From assembly GCA_029261055.1 (NCBI GenBank), contig JAJDCA010000037.1:10291-74290 (forward strand): DNA of 64,000 bases, read 5' to 3'. Made by a program: the position numbers and the translations under genes. The notes beneath the pieces are model-generated. The model searched no databases and was not told the origin of the DNA. It was given only the letters and a program-made list of their open reading frames with translations. Positions 44,868 to 54,838 of the stretch are shown piece by piece. Position 1 is the stretch's first letter; the number at the start of each line of letters is the position of its first letter. Source of the DNA: Candidatus Omnitrophota bacterium. Its GTDB lineage: Bacteria > Omnitrophota > Gorgyraeia > Zapsychrales > Zapsychraceae.

Positions 44868-45242
44868 ATGCTGGAGCAATTTAATGCAGTATTTTATGAA
44901 GTACTGCCAGTCATATTGGCTATACTGGTCCCTTCGGTGTTTTTTGTAGTTAGGATTATTATTAAAAAACTAACGAATAAACTAGATGCAGAAACTCAGT
45001 CAAATATACATTCTATTGTTATGGATGTTGTTCAGCAGGGAGTTGATTATGCTGACAAATGGGCAGAAGATCAGAAGCGTAAAACGGATAATAAGCCATA
45101 TGGCAGTTTAAAGAGTAAAGAGGCGACCGCCTACATATTAGATGAATTAAAAGAGAGGGGTATAACTGATATAGCACGAGACTCTCTATTGCGTAAGATA
45201 GAGTCTAAACTTGGATCTGAAAAGAAAATTATAAAGGACTAG
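44868..45242 (+). CDS. N-terminally anchored membrane protein
   Basis: RBS AAGGAGGAGTAA; single TM VLPVILAILVPSVFFVV. Confidence 0.5.
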   Translation: MLEQFNAVFYEVLPVILAILVPSVFFVVRIIIKKLTNKLDAETQSNIHSIVMDVVQQGVDYADKWAEDQKRKTDNKPYGSLKSKEATAYILDELKERGITDIARDSLLRKIESKLGSEKKIIKD

Positions 45243-45244
45243 TA

Positions 45245-45712
45245 ATGCGAAAATTATTTTTATTATCAATTATTTTAACTGTACTTAGTACATTAACAGG
45301 CTGTAGCATGTTGGGCATTCGTGAAAAATCAGAGCTGACAATTGATCAAAAGGTCAACATTATTAAAAGTACAGCTACTAGTGCAACGTTTTTGGCACTA
45401 ACAGAAAACTCAGATGACAATGAGGAATTAGTCGAAAAGGCCAATGATCTAAAAGCACCAATTGAAAATGATGTTTTGCCGCTATTGCAGGATGGTAGTG
45501 TTACATTTGATTCAATAACAATTGGGTTACTGGAAGAAAAAATTGATCGTAGGTACATGCTATATCTCCAACAAACTATTGCTCTATTACAATTGTACTA
45601 TGAAGTACCTGATGTTGGTGATTTTATGTCGCCAGAAGATATATCATTATGGATAGCACTATTTGAAGGAATTGTAAAGGGTGCTAATCAGGCATTACTA
45701 ACTACGGAATAA
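45245..45712 (+). CDS. lipoprotein
   Basis: Signal plus lipobox LSTLTGCSM. Confidence 0.55.
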   Translation: MRKLFLLSIILTVLSTLTGCSMLGIREKSELTIDQKVNIIKSTATSATFLALTENSDDNEELVEKANDLKAPIENDVLPLLQDGSVTFDSITIGLLEEKIDRRYMLYLQQTIALLQLYYEVPDVGDFMSPEDISLWIALFEGIVKGANQALLTTE

Positions 45713-45731
45713 AGTATTTTAGGAGCAAGAT

Positions 45732-46004
45732 ATGGGTTGGTTAATGTTGGTAAAATTGCTATTACCACTGATAGCTAAAAAAAAGACTCTTTCATTTTCT
45801 GAAGCTAAGGTATTGGAGCAGTTAATTTCTAATGTAGCTGATCTTTTTGCCAAATCAAAAAGAACATGTGTGTATAAAACGCACGAGTGTAAATATAGAG
45901 ATGGCGCATGTTTTGTTTTAGCAACAAAGGGTAAGGACTGGAAAATTGATGATATTAAAAAGTGCCCATATTTAAAACCAATAAAGGAGAATGATAAAAA
46001 GTGA
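45732..46004 (+). CDS. hypothetical small protein
   Basis: RBS TAGGAGCAAGAT. Confidence 0.45.
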   Translation: MGWLMLVKLLLPLIAKKKTLSFSEAKVLEQLISNVADLFAKSKRTCVYKTHECKYRDGACFVLATKGKDWKIDDIKKCPYLKPIKENDKK

Positions 46005-46843
46005 GACTATTTGCAGTGTTTATTATATTATCTATACTCTCTTTTTTATCTTGCGACTTTGATAATGAATTAGATTATATGTTTTCTCCAGCATCAATTA
46101 TTAATGAAACAAAAAACAAAAGCATAACTGATTCTATGATATCTCCAGTTGGCAGAATACATATTTTTTCAAAAGATGACAATAAAGACGACATGGGTAG
46201 CGGTAGTGCTATACTAGTATCAGATTCATCAAAATCTATGGGTAATGATGAGTATCCATATGTGTATATTTATTTTACGGCGTCTCATGTTATAAATCCA
46301 ATTAATGATTTTGATGAGTTTGGAAACTTAACAAAAGTAAATACATGCTGGTCTATCCAAATGTGGTCATATAACAGTATAAATGACATTAAAGATGTAT
46401 CATATACTATAGACTTGTGCCCAGACAATGATATGTCAAAGTGTCATGTGTATAAATCATACATGCATGATGCTGCTATTTTGATAGTGTATACTAAAAA
46501 TAAATTATCTAAAATTAATCCTGTAAATATTGCTAAATTAAAAACAATAGGTGATATAAAAATAGGAGACATGCAATACTCTGTAGGATGTCAAGGTGGA
46601 ATATTTCCATACATTAGAACTGGGATTGTTTCAGCCATACAAAAAAATCTAATATGGGTTTCTACATCGGTTAATCTTGGAGACTCTGGTGGAGCTGCTT
46701 ACAATAAAGATATGGAGCTTGTTGGTATAATTATAGGTAAAGTTAATCATGGTGATGGAGGTGTATTTATACCGCTAAATAACATACATGAAGAATTGCT
46801 CATGGGTAATCGGATGAAAATTTTAAAAGAAATATGGAAATAA
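46001..46843 (+). CDS. secreted chymotrypsin-like (S1) serine protease
   Basis: Signal peptide; His box YFTASHVI, Ser box GDSGGAAY. Confidence 0.65.
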   Translation: MRLFAVFIILSILSFLSCDFDNELDYMFSPASIINETKNKSITDSMISPVGRIHIFSKDDNKDDMGSGSAILVSDSSKSMGNDEYPYVYIYFTASHVINPINDFDEFGNLTKVNTCWSIQMWSYNSINDIKDVSYTIDLCPDNDMSKCHVYKSYMHDAAILIVYTKNKLSKINPVNIAKLKTIGDIKIGDMQYSVGCQGGIFPYIRTGIVSAIQKNLIWVSTSVNLGDSGGAAYNKDMELVGIIIGKVNHGDGGVFIPLNNIHEELLMGNRMKILKEIWK

Positions 46844-46854
46844 GGAGAATATAA

Positions 46855-47220
46855 ATGGCAAACAAATCAGATGAAAAAACTATTAGAATTGTTCAAGGTG
46901 TTATATCTGAAGTCGCTAATGGCAAAGAGATTAATGGTGAATTAGCAAATATTTTAGCTAAAAAAATAATGGTAGCATTGAGAACTACTGGTGCTGAAAA
47001 GGCCACACAGCCAAAGAGACAATCTGCATTTATGGCGGTTCCAGGAGCAGATGGAGAAACTGCCATTGAGAATGTTTCCCCAAGCAGAACTGGGAGTGTG
47101 CCAAAACAAGCATCAGAAAAAAATGCATTTATTGTTGGTGATAATGTAGGTACTGAGAATAGTAAACCCAGTAAAAAGAACAAAAATAAAAATAAAAAAG
47201 ATAATTTAGGCAACAATTAA
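46855..47220 (+). CDS. hypothetical protein
   Basis: RBS AAGGAGAATATAA. Confidence 0.5.
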   Translation: MANKSDEKTIRIVQGVISEVANGKEINGELANILAKKIMVALRTTGAEKATQPKRQSAFMAVPGADGETAIENVSPSRTGSVPKQASEKNAFIVGDNVGTENSKPSKKNKNKNKKDNLGNN

Positions 47221-47221
47221 A

Positions 47222-47680
47222 ATGTCTATAAATGGATTTGGAGATATTATTAGTTGGGTCACTGGCCTATTTGGAATAATGCCGTGTGCAGCTTGTGAAA
47301 AGCGCCGTAAATGGCTAAATAAAATATTTCCATTCCGTTTTAAAACAATGCATGATAAAATGTTTGAAATACAAAATAAACTATGCAAAACAAATAAAAT
47401 GTCAAATAGTGATAGTGTATTTCTACATATGAAACACAGAGAAACTATCGAAGATTTTTTTAATGTTTTTGGTGACAAATTTGAAAACCTAAGAAATACT
47501 AGAGATATTGCCTTTCACGTATTGCACATTGATGATGATGTATTGCATTGTGCGCTAGTCCCAGCTAAATATGGTAAAAAGTTTAATATTAGTAAAAAAG
47601 AAATTATTAATATGAAAACAAGCATTAGAGATGATATAATTGACAATACTAAATTTAAAAAAGTAAGGTGGCATATATAA
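47222..47680 (+). CDS. hypothetical protein
   Basis: ORF track. Confidence 0.45.
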   Translation: MSINGFGDIISWVTGLFGIMPCAACEKRRKWLNKIFPFRFKTMHDKMFEIQNKLCKTNKMSNSDSVFLHMKHRETIEDFFNVFGDKFENLRNTRDIAFHVLHIDDDVLHCALVPAKYGKKFNISKKEIINMKTSIRDDIIDNTKFKKVRWHI

Positions 47681-47681
47681 A

Positions 47682-48050
47682 ATGTTATGGCAGATAGATT
47701 TAGACAATTATGAAACCATAACAGAAGACCATAATGATCTTGGACACTGGGGTAAAATCCTAAAAAAGTGCCATGATGGAAATCTATCAATATTAAATTT
47801 TCGTCTAGTATCACCAAATGGAAGTGCAAATATAATAGATAAAAATGCAGACAGATACTTTGTAATAAATGAAATTACAGCATTTGTTGGTGGTAGCAGC
47901 ATATCAAGACGCGGAATAGGTAGCGTAAGAGAAAAAACAAATAAAGTTAGAATAGAGTGGTATTGTCTTAATACTAGAAATTATATATTTACAGAAGTTA
48001 ATGAGGGTGTCAAAGATTATATATCTGAAATTTCTATCCAACATATTTAG
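47682..48050 (+). CDS. hypothetical protein
   Basis: ORF track. Confidence 0.45.
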   Translation: MLWQIDLDNYETITEDHNDLGHWGKILKKCHDGNLSILNFRLVSPNGSANIIDKNADRYFVINEITAFVGGSSISRRGIGSVREKTNKVRIEWYCLNTRNYIFTEVNEGVKDYISEISIQHI

Positions 48051-48112
48051 GTTTTAATATGTATAATATTTATAAATAATTTAACAAAACTCTAAAGATT
48101 GAAAAACTAAAT

Positions 48113-48670
48113 ATGAATAATAGTAAAATAAACGGTGTTAAAACTTGTCCAGTACACAAAACATACAAGGGTCGCAAACCAACCAAAAGAAACTGTCCAG
48201 ATTGTAAAAAACTTTACGAAACTCTTCAAGCAAAAAGTAGAGAGACAAAACCATTTAGATCATTATTTTCATCAGATTTTAACGTTAGTATGTTTCATAT
48301 GCTATCAGAACTTGCCTGCTATCAAAGGTTTGGAAAATTACCACCTTATTTCTGGAGAAAAGCCACACCATGTAGTCAAAAGGCCAAAGATCATTATCAA
48401 AAAACATACAAAATGCTTATGTCTTGGCAAAAAAAGAAATTTCCAGCTAAAAATAATAAATGGAATCCACTAGAGGCGCTAAATACTGTATTTTATTATC
48501 TATCAACAAATGATAGAGATATAGATGATTTTGCAAGAAGAAATGTCACAGTAATAAAAGAAATTAAGACAAGGGAAAAACATACACCCGAAGAGGCAAT
48601 TGATTTTGGGTCTACGAAAAGAAAGAGCAGATTTAAAGGGCTAAACAATCTTGGAGATGATAATGGCTAA
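48113..48670 (+). CDS. hypothetical basic protein
   Basis: ORF track; the alternative-frame ORF 48135..48473 is rejected. Confidence 0.45.
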   Translation: MNNSKINGVKTCPVHKTYKGRKPTKRNCPDCKKLYETLQAKSRETKPFRSLFSSDFNVSMFHMLSELACYQRFGKLPPYFWRKATPCSQKAKDHYQKTYKMLMSWQKKKFPAKNNKWNPLEALNTVFYYLSTNDRDIDDFARRNVTVIKEIKTREKHTPEEAIDFGSTKRKSRFKGLNNLGDDNG

Positions 48671-49652
48671 AAAGAAAACTAAAACTGGGAATGCAAGTAG
48701 TCCAATTGATATTGCGGCAGCATTAGAAAAAATGGGTGCAAAAGTAACTAATAAGATTGAACATTTTAATAGCCCATATCATATTCGCACTGGACTATGG
48801 AGCTTAGATTATATTATTTCTGATGGTAGAGGATTACCAACTGGTGTTATTCAATACTATGGCGGCGAAAGCTCTGGTAAAACCACGGCAGCGCTACAGG
48901 CAATGTCGAGTGCTCAAGAATTGGGTATGCCATGCTATTATATAAATGCCGAAAGAGCACTTACTGAAAGTTTAGTAAAATCATTTCCAAAAATAGATAC
49001 AACTAAAGTAACATGGATTGATCCAGACGGTGGTGAAGCAGCACTCGACGCTATTAAGCTAATACTGAAAAGTCAACCTGGGTCATTTATAGTTCTTGAC
49101 TCAATACCAGCATGTGTTCCCAAAGAGGTTTTGGATTCTGAAGCTGGAAAATACCACATGGCCAGATTAGCTCGTCTATTTTCTCCTGTCATGCCCGATT
49201 TTAAAAGGTTGGCCTGGAAGAACAAAAGCACATTATTGTTGATTAACCAGATGAGAGATAACATTAGTCCAATGCCAGGCAAACCAAAGAAGCCTGGTGG
49301 CCAAGCTATCAGTTTCTATTGTGATGTAATTGTTAAATTTAGAGTTAAGGGCAAAATAAAGCATGGCGATGACATTATTGGTCATGAGATGATTGCTGAA
49401 GTTGATAAAACTCGTGGTCAAGGTTCTGGTAAAAAATCTACATCAACCTTAATATATGGTAGTGGATTTATAGAAGGTTATGATGTTTTAGATTTAGCAA
49501 TAAGTTTTGGCTTTATCACCAAGAAAGGTGCTTGGTATTATTTTGATGATAATAATAAATTTCAAGGAAAGGATGCTACAGTGCAGGCACTTACCGATGA
49601 TGAAAAATTATTCAAAGAGATTGAATCTAAGATTCTGGAGATGATTCAATGA
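48663..49652 (+). CDS. recA: RecA-family recombinase
   Basis: GLPTGVIQYYGGESSGKTTAALQ (Walker A), FIVLDSIPA (Walker B), LLLINQMRDNI, GGQAISFYCDV; ATG 48663 with RBS GGAGATGA. Confidence 0.8.
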   Translation: MAKKKTKTGNASSPIDIAAALEKMGAKVTNKIEHFNSPYHIRTGLWSLDYIISDGRGLPTGVIQYYGGESSGKTTAALQAMSSAQELGMPCYYINAERALTESLVKSFPKIDTTKVTWIDPDGGEAALDAIKLILKSQPGSFIVLDSIPACVPKEVLDSEAGKYHMARLARLFSPVMPDFKRLAWKNKSTLLLINQMRDNISPMPGKPKKPGGQAISFYCDVIVKFRVKGKIKHGDDIIGHEMIAEVDKTRGQGSGKKSTSTLIYGSGFIEGYDVLDLAISFGFITKKGAWYYFDDNNKFQGKDATVQALTDDEKLFKEIESKILEMIQ

Positions 49653-50050
49653 AGTTTATTGGCCTAGATGGTAGAGAATATAATAAATCAATAACAGCTT
49701 CAGATTATGTTCGCACACCAGAAAGCAGGTCAAGGGGTGAGCAATGGTTATATGATGGGATATCGTGTCTTTTTCCTTATTATGATATATTGGAAGAGTT
49801 TCAATGTATTGGGCTGTCAAGACTTAGGATTGATTTTTTAATTTTAAGTCCTGGAATACGTATTGCATTTGAGTATGATGGTGAACAGCATCATAAGTAT
49901 GTGCCACATTTTCATCGCAGTCGTAAAGGTCATGCGGATTCAATTATTAGAGACTCTCAAAAGGATCAATGGTGTAAAATAAATGCCATAAAATTAATAA
50001 GAATAAATAAACAAGATGATAAACTTTTAAAGAGACTAATCAATGAGTGA
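49649..50050 (+). CDS. Vsr/DUF559-like PD-(D/E)xK endonuclease (free-standing)
   Basis: RIDFLILSPGIRIAFEYDGEQHHKY. Confidence 0.5.
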   Translation: MKFIGLDGREYNKSITASDYVRTPESRSRGEQWLYDGISCLFPYYDILEEFQCIGLSRLRIDFLILSPGIRIAFEYDGEQHHKYVPHFHRSRKGHADSIIRDSQKDQWCKINAIKLIRINKQDDKLLKRLINE

Positions 50051-50498
50051 TTTAAATGATGAAATACTGCAATGGACAAAAGACACTGGAACGACAAAAT
50101 TCAATAAACCATCATTGACTGTAGAAAAAATTTGTAGCTTTATGGAAAATGGCATGGCAGACAAAGAATTGTCTGAGATAGAGGACTTTTTATTGCAGTT
50201 AGGATCATATAATTTATGGTTGCGCAATACATGTGGATCTATACTGGCAACTATTCGTAGAACGGAACAAGATTTAAACATTCAAATAGCTAAAGGGTAT
50301 AAGTCAATGTCTAAGGTCTTTGCATCTCAGGATGTTAAAGAGGCTATGATATGTGAAAAAAATAGTAATGCACGTAAACTTAAAGAACAATTAGTGAAAT
50401 TGCGAATGAAATATGATAAAATAAGTAAAATACCACAATCAATTGACTCATCTATTAGAACTATAGAGAACGCAGTTAGGAGAAAGAGTGGCACGTAA
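50043..50498 (+). CDS. hypothetical protein (possible helicase-associated)
   Basis: ORF track, immediately upstream of dnaB-like gene. Confidence 0.4.
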   Translation: MSDLNDEILQWTKDTGTTKFNKPSLTVEKICSFMENGMADKELSEIEDFLLQLGSYNLWLRNTCGSILATIRRTEQDLNIQIAKGYKSMSKVFASQDVKEAMICEKNSNARKLKEQLVKLRMKYDKISKIPQSIDSSIRTIENAVRRKSGT

Positions 50499-51966
50499 TA
50501 ACAACATTTTACTTGGTTCTGAAAAATCAATTTTAGCAGCAATTATAAATGAACCAAATTTAATATTTGACATACATGATATTACATTAAATGAGACCGA
50601 TTTTAAAAATACTACATTGCGTCAAATATATGTTGGTGCATTAAATGTGTCAAAAAAACTAGATGAAGAAAGTGGCTCAGTACCTATTGATCACATTATA
50701 CTTTTAGAATCTATTGCGCAACATTTTCCAGCAGCATACAAAGAAAATAGTCAGCAATTTCAGACAACTATAGATTCTCTATCTAAATTAAGTGTTGGAA
50801 ACATAAATGATCACATTCGTATTGTAGCTACTGAATCTTATAAGCGCAAAACTATAAGACATTTGAAATCAATCAAGGACTCCATAGACGATTTCAGTGA
50901 CCCAGTTTCACTGGTTGAGCATTTGGAAAGCGAAACATTGGGATTCACAGGAAGTCTTTTTGATGATTCGGCAGACGTTGTTCATATTGGCGAAAGACAC
51001 AAGGATTGGATAAGTGAGCTAGCATTAAAAGCCAAAGAAGACGATATTGATCTGGGATTCAGTTCTGGTTTTGAAAGATATGATAATGCCATTGGTGCAG
51101 GATTTGAAAAAGGTTGTGTTAATGTTATAGCAGCTCGCCCGAAGCGTGGCAAATCATTTGTGGCGTTAAAAATAGGAATGTTTGTTTCAAGTCTGGATAT
51201 TCCGGTATTATATTTAGACACAGAATTGTCTGAAGATATACAAATGACAAGAATGACTGCAATGGAGTCGCTGGTTCCATTTAGTACTATCAAGTCTGGA
51301 GAATTTGTATTTGATGATGCTGCTGCTAATTCAATAAAAAACTGCATGAAAGATATTCGTGAGAGATCGCTGTATTATCTACCAATAGCTGGCTGGACAA
51401 TAGAAAAGCAAGTTTCAGCAATTCGGAGATGGTTTTCTAAAGTTGTTGGAAAAGACGAAAATGGCAAACCTAAGAATGCATTGGTTATATTAGACTATTT
51501 AAAACTAATGAATTCCACCGATAAGAAAAATGACAAAGAGTGGGAGGCTCTTGGCTACAGAATGACATTGCTAAAGAATCTTATGGCGCAGCAGGGTGGC
51601 AGCATGTTGGCATTTGCTCAACAAAACAGAGACGGCACAGAGAGGGGAGATGCTACTACAATCAGCGGTAGTGATAGAATTATCTGGCTATGTGATAGTT
51701 TTTCAATATGGTCACTGAAGTCAGAAGAAGAAATAAATGCTCAGATACAAAACATTAGAGAGCAGGATGGTAATGAGGATGCGCAGAGTAGTTTTACAAA
51801 TATGAAATTATCAGTAGTAGAATCGAGACATGGCCCAGGAACAGGCGAGGGTAGATATATAGGATTTTATTTTGATGGAAAAGATCCCAGTATTGATAGA
51901 GATGAATTCTGTGGAACAATTCAGGAAAAGGGTATTGAGTGTCCGTGGACAGGTGCAAATAGATGA
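50488..51966 (+). CDS. dnaB: DnaB-family replicative helicase
   Basis: Walker A AARPKRGKSFVALKIG, LYLDTELS, ILDYLKLM (Walker B), QQNRD; GTG start with RBS TTAGGAGAAAGA. Confidence 0.8.
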   Translation: MARNNNILLGSEKSILAAIINEPNLIFDIHDITLNETDFKNTTLRQIYVGALNVSKKLDEESGSVPIDHIILLESIAQHFPAAYKENSQQFQTTIDSLSKLSVGNINDHIRIVATESYKRKTIRHLKSIKDSIDDFSDPVSLVEHLESETLGFTGSLFDDSADVVHIGERHKDWISELALKAKEDDIDLGFSSGFERYDNAIGAGFEKGCVNVIAARPKRGKSFVALKIGMFVSSLDIPVLYLDTELSEDIQMTRMTAMESLVPFSTIKSGEFVFDDAAANSIKNCMKDIRERSLYYLPIAGWTIEKQVSAIRRWFSKVVGKDENGKPKNALVILDYLKLMNSTDKKNDKEWEALGYRMTLLKNLMAQQGGSMLAFAQQNRDGTERGDATTISGSDRIIWLCDSFSIWSLKSEEEINAQIQNIREQDGNEDAQSSFTNMKLSVVESRHGPGTGEGRYIGFYFDGKDPSIDRDEFCGTIQEKGIECPWTGANR

Positions 51967-52982
51967 AAAAATACCAATTATTGGCGTTAGCATTAGAGGA
52001 ACATGTAGAAAGTCTAATGGATGAACTAGATTTACCAATAGAAGAATATACCGTTTCATTAAGAGATATAAGGGGATGTGCTCCGTGTCATGATGGCGAC
52101 AATCCGACTGGATGGATATATTATGTTGATAAAGGAAAATGGTTCTGCTGGACAGAAGGATGTCACAAAGAGTATGGCTCTGATCTAATTGGGTTAGTTC
52201 GTGTGGTTAAAAATTGTAGCTTTAAAGAGGCTGTATTATGGTCCAATAATTTTCTTAGCAATAAAAATGGAGTCACTGCGAAAGAACTTGAAGAAAAGAA
52301 GAAGTCTAGAGTATCTATAAAGCGTGACTTTTGGCAAGAGCATACTGATCAAAAGATATTTCATAAGTCTATTTTAAAAAAACTTGATACGGCAGTAAAG
52401 TATGCTAGATTTCGTCGTTTGTCATGGGCCATAATGCGCAAAATGGGAGCTGGATATGCTCGAAAGGGTCGTCTTGGCGGAAGAGTTGTTCTGCCAGTTA
52501 GAAACATTGACGGAAATATTGTTGGATTTACTGGCAGAAAAATACATGATAATATGAATGGTCCAAAGTGGTTTCATAAATTTAAAACAGATATAAATTT
52601 ATTTAACATAGATCGTGCTGCTAAATTTATAAAAGAAACAGGGTCTTCTACAATTTTTGTAGTAGAGGGGCCATGGGATATGATAAAGATGGAAATGGCC
52701 GGATTCCCCAATACTGTTGCTTGCTTTGGTGTATATTTGTCAACTGGTCAGACTGAGATTTTAAATAAGATAGGTGTCAACAATATAATTCTTGGTCTGG
52801 ACAATGATGACGCCGGTAATAAAAATTCTATAGAAAACAAAAAAAGACTAGAGCAAAATGGGTTTGATGTATGTATAATATCTCCTAGAAAAGGGTTTGA
52901 CTTTGGAGACAAAGGTACGTCTACAGAAGAAATTGTTAATATAGTAAAAAAATCTTGCCCTGAAATACAACCAGTTAGATAG
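51963..52982 (+). CDS. dnaG: DnaG-like primase (zinc-binding plus TOPRIM)
   Basis: CAPCHDGDNPTG...CWTEGCH zinc ribbon; TOPRIM VVEGPWDMI ... LGLDNDDAGN. Confidence 0.75.
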   Translation: MKKYQLLALALEEHVESLMDELDLPIEEYTVSLRDIRGCAPCHDGDNPTGWIYYVDKGKWFCWTEGCHKEYGSDLIGLVRVVKNCSFKEAVLWSNNFLSNKNGVTAKELEEKKKSRVSIKRDFWQEHTDQKIFHKSILKKLDTAVKYARFRRLSWAIMRKMGAGYARKGRLGGRVVLPVRNIDGNIVGFTGRKIHDNMNGPKWFHKFKTDINLFNIDRAAKFIKETGSSTIFVVEGPWDMIKMEMAGFPNTVACFGVYLSTGQTEILNKIGVNNIILGLDNDDAGNKNSIENKKRLEQNGFDVCIISPRKGFDFGDKGTSTEEIVNIVKKSCPEIQPVR

Positions 52983-52990
52983 GTGCTAAT

Positions 52991-53653
52991 ATGAAAGTCA
53001 TTGGACTTAATGGAATGCTACAGTCTGGAAAAGACACATTTGCAAATTTTGCAGAAGAGGTTCTACCCAACCAAGTTGCTAGAATATCATTGGCGTATCC
53101 CCTTAAGAAATTTTGTGTAAACTATTTAGGTATACCGGAAAAAAACTGCTTTGGAAATGATTTTGAAAAAAATCAATGGGTTGGGCAATGGGGCCAAATT
53201 TTTAAAAATCCAGAAATATTGTCAAAGTACGAAAAAGAAAAGGATGATAATATTAGTGGCCGTGAAGTATTGCAAGTTGTTGGTACTGATATATTTCGCG
53301 ACAACCTAAACCCCAACATATGGATTGACATAGCTCAAAAGAGACTAGAGGATAGGCAGTTTGATAAAGAAGTGTCTGGTGATGTCAAGGTGGTTTTCAT
53401 TACGGATGTCAGATTTCCAAATGAGGTAGAGTGGATCAAGTCACATAAGTATACAGGAATCAGACTATATAGATATGTCTCTAGATCAAAAGATGTGGCA
53501 GCACATAAAAGCGAATCACTATTTAGTGAAATTAGCGATAATAATTTTGATCATATTATAGATGCAAAAGATAATCAAAGCTTATCTGCATTAAAAAAAC
53601 ACGTCATCAGGATACTATACTCAGAGGAGCTTCTGGATGGAATTTTTGAATAG
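52991..53653 (+). CDS. dNMP kinase (T4 gp1-like)
   Basis: VIGLNGMLQSGKDTFANF matches T4 gp1 LSGVKRSGKDT. Confidence 0.6.
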   Translation: MKVIGLNGMLQSGKDTFANFAEEVLPNQVARISLAYPLKKFCVNYLGIPEKNCFGNDFEKNQWVGQWGQIFKNPEILSKYEKEKDDNISGREVLQVVGTDIFRDNLNPNIWIDIAQKRLEDRQFDKEVSGDVKVVFITDVRFPNEVEWIKSHKYTGIRLYRYVSRSKDVAAHKSESLFSEISDNNFDHIIDAKDNQSLSALKKHVIRILYSEELLDGIFE

Positions 53654-54539
53654 CAAAGAGTGTAGAAGAGACATGCTTCTAGGCTTAAAAGACGAAACAA
53701 TAGCAGTACTGTGTGACACAGATCCAGATGGGTATGGTGCAGCATGGGCAGTATCTAAATTTTTGACTAACTGTAAGTTTTTTCCAATAGAAGATGGTAG
53801 ACCTGACTGGGAGATGGCAGTTAAAAATAATCCTGAAATACTGAATTGTAATCATATAATGATGCTAGACATGTCTTTTGATCGCTCAACGACTTTATCT
53901 TTATATCAAAAATACAACACTGTAACAGTTATAGATCATCATTGGACAGCGAAAAGTGAAATTGGGGATTTGCATGGTGTATTTATTAATGAACATAAAT
54001 CTGCTGCGGCCCTAGCTTATGAGTTTTTTGACAGTTCACATCTACCAAACGTTATAAAGTATATTCAGGATTATGATCTATGGCAACACAGACTGCCACA
54101 TACCCACGAAATAGCAAGCTTATTACAGAGCTTAAAAATTCCTATTTTCGATTCATTAGACGAACTGGACTTTATGTTGAGTACTACTGAAGGCATTGAC
54201 AATGCGGCAACTATTGGTGGCTCAGCACTAAATTATAGGAGAGCAATGTCAGCGCTAGCAGAGAAAAATGTAATGCGCGGCACCCTAAATGGATACAACG
54301 TGCCATTTGTTAACATATCTAATCCACTATTGGTTAGTGATGTTGGCGATACGCTCAGCGATGGGGAGCCCTTTTCCTTGTCCTGGTTTCAGCAGTCCGA
54401 TGGTACATATAAGTACTCACTAAGATCTCGATTTAATAAACAGCAACAAGCGATTGATGTTTCTGTTATTGCCAAATTTCATGGTGGTGGAGGACACTCT
54501 ACTGCCGCAAGTTTTATTACAAACGATAGGATAGTATAA
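53637..54539 (+). CDS. DHH-family phosphoesterase (NrnA/RecJ-like)
   Basis: LCDTDPDGYGAA, VIDHHWT, FHGGGGHSTAASF (DHHA1). Confidence 0.7.
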   Translation: MEFLNSKECRRDMLLGLKDETIAVLCDTDPDGYGAAWAVSKFLTNCKFFPIEDGRPDWEMAVKNNPEILNCNHIMMLDMSFDRSTTLSLYQKYNTVTVIDHHWTAKSEIGDLHGVFINEHKSAAALAYEFFDSSHLPNVIKYIQDYDLWQHRLPHTHEIASLLQSLKIPIFDSLDELDFMLSTTEGIDNAATIGGSALNYRRAMSALAEKNVMRGTLNGYNVPFVNISNPLLVSDVGDTLSDGEPFSLSWFQQSDGTYKYSLRSRFNKQQQAIDVSVIAKFHGGGGHSTAASFITNDRIV

Positions 54540-54838
54540 TGTCTACACTTAGAGAGAGAATTTTGTCAGAATCTAATGGATCTTACATGCTTGACAGATA
54601 CTTACTTGGTCAACATGTATGCGCAATTACGTGTGATCCAAGAGACGCTGATACATGTATTATTGGTGATTCACATATTGGTACATCTGAACATGTATGT
54701 TTAAAAGAAGTTGGTTTAGATGAAGAAATATCAGATGACTGTCGCATATTGATGATAACTAAGTCAACGTGGAAAAAGTCACTAACCGAAAATCTCCTTA
54801 AGACAACTTTAGAAGAATACAAGAGGCAGCAGGATTAA
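54539..54838 (+). CDS. hypothetical protein
   Basis: ORF track. Confidence 0.4.
   Translation: MSTLRERILSESNGSYMLDRYLLGQHVCAITCDPRDADTCIIGDSHIGTSEHVCLKEVGLDEEISDDCRILMITKSTWKKSLTENLLKTTLEEYKRQQD

Noticed and set aside
48135-48473. Alternative-frame + ORF inside 48113..48670
   Set aside because: Shorter, nested in another frame of a longer ORF with a better start context.
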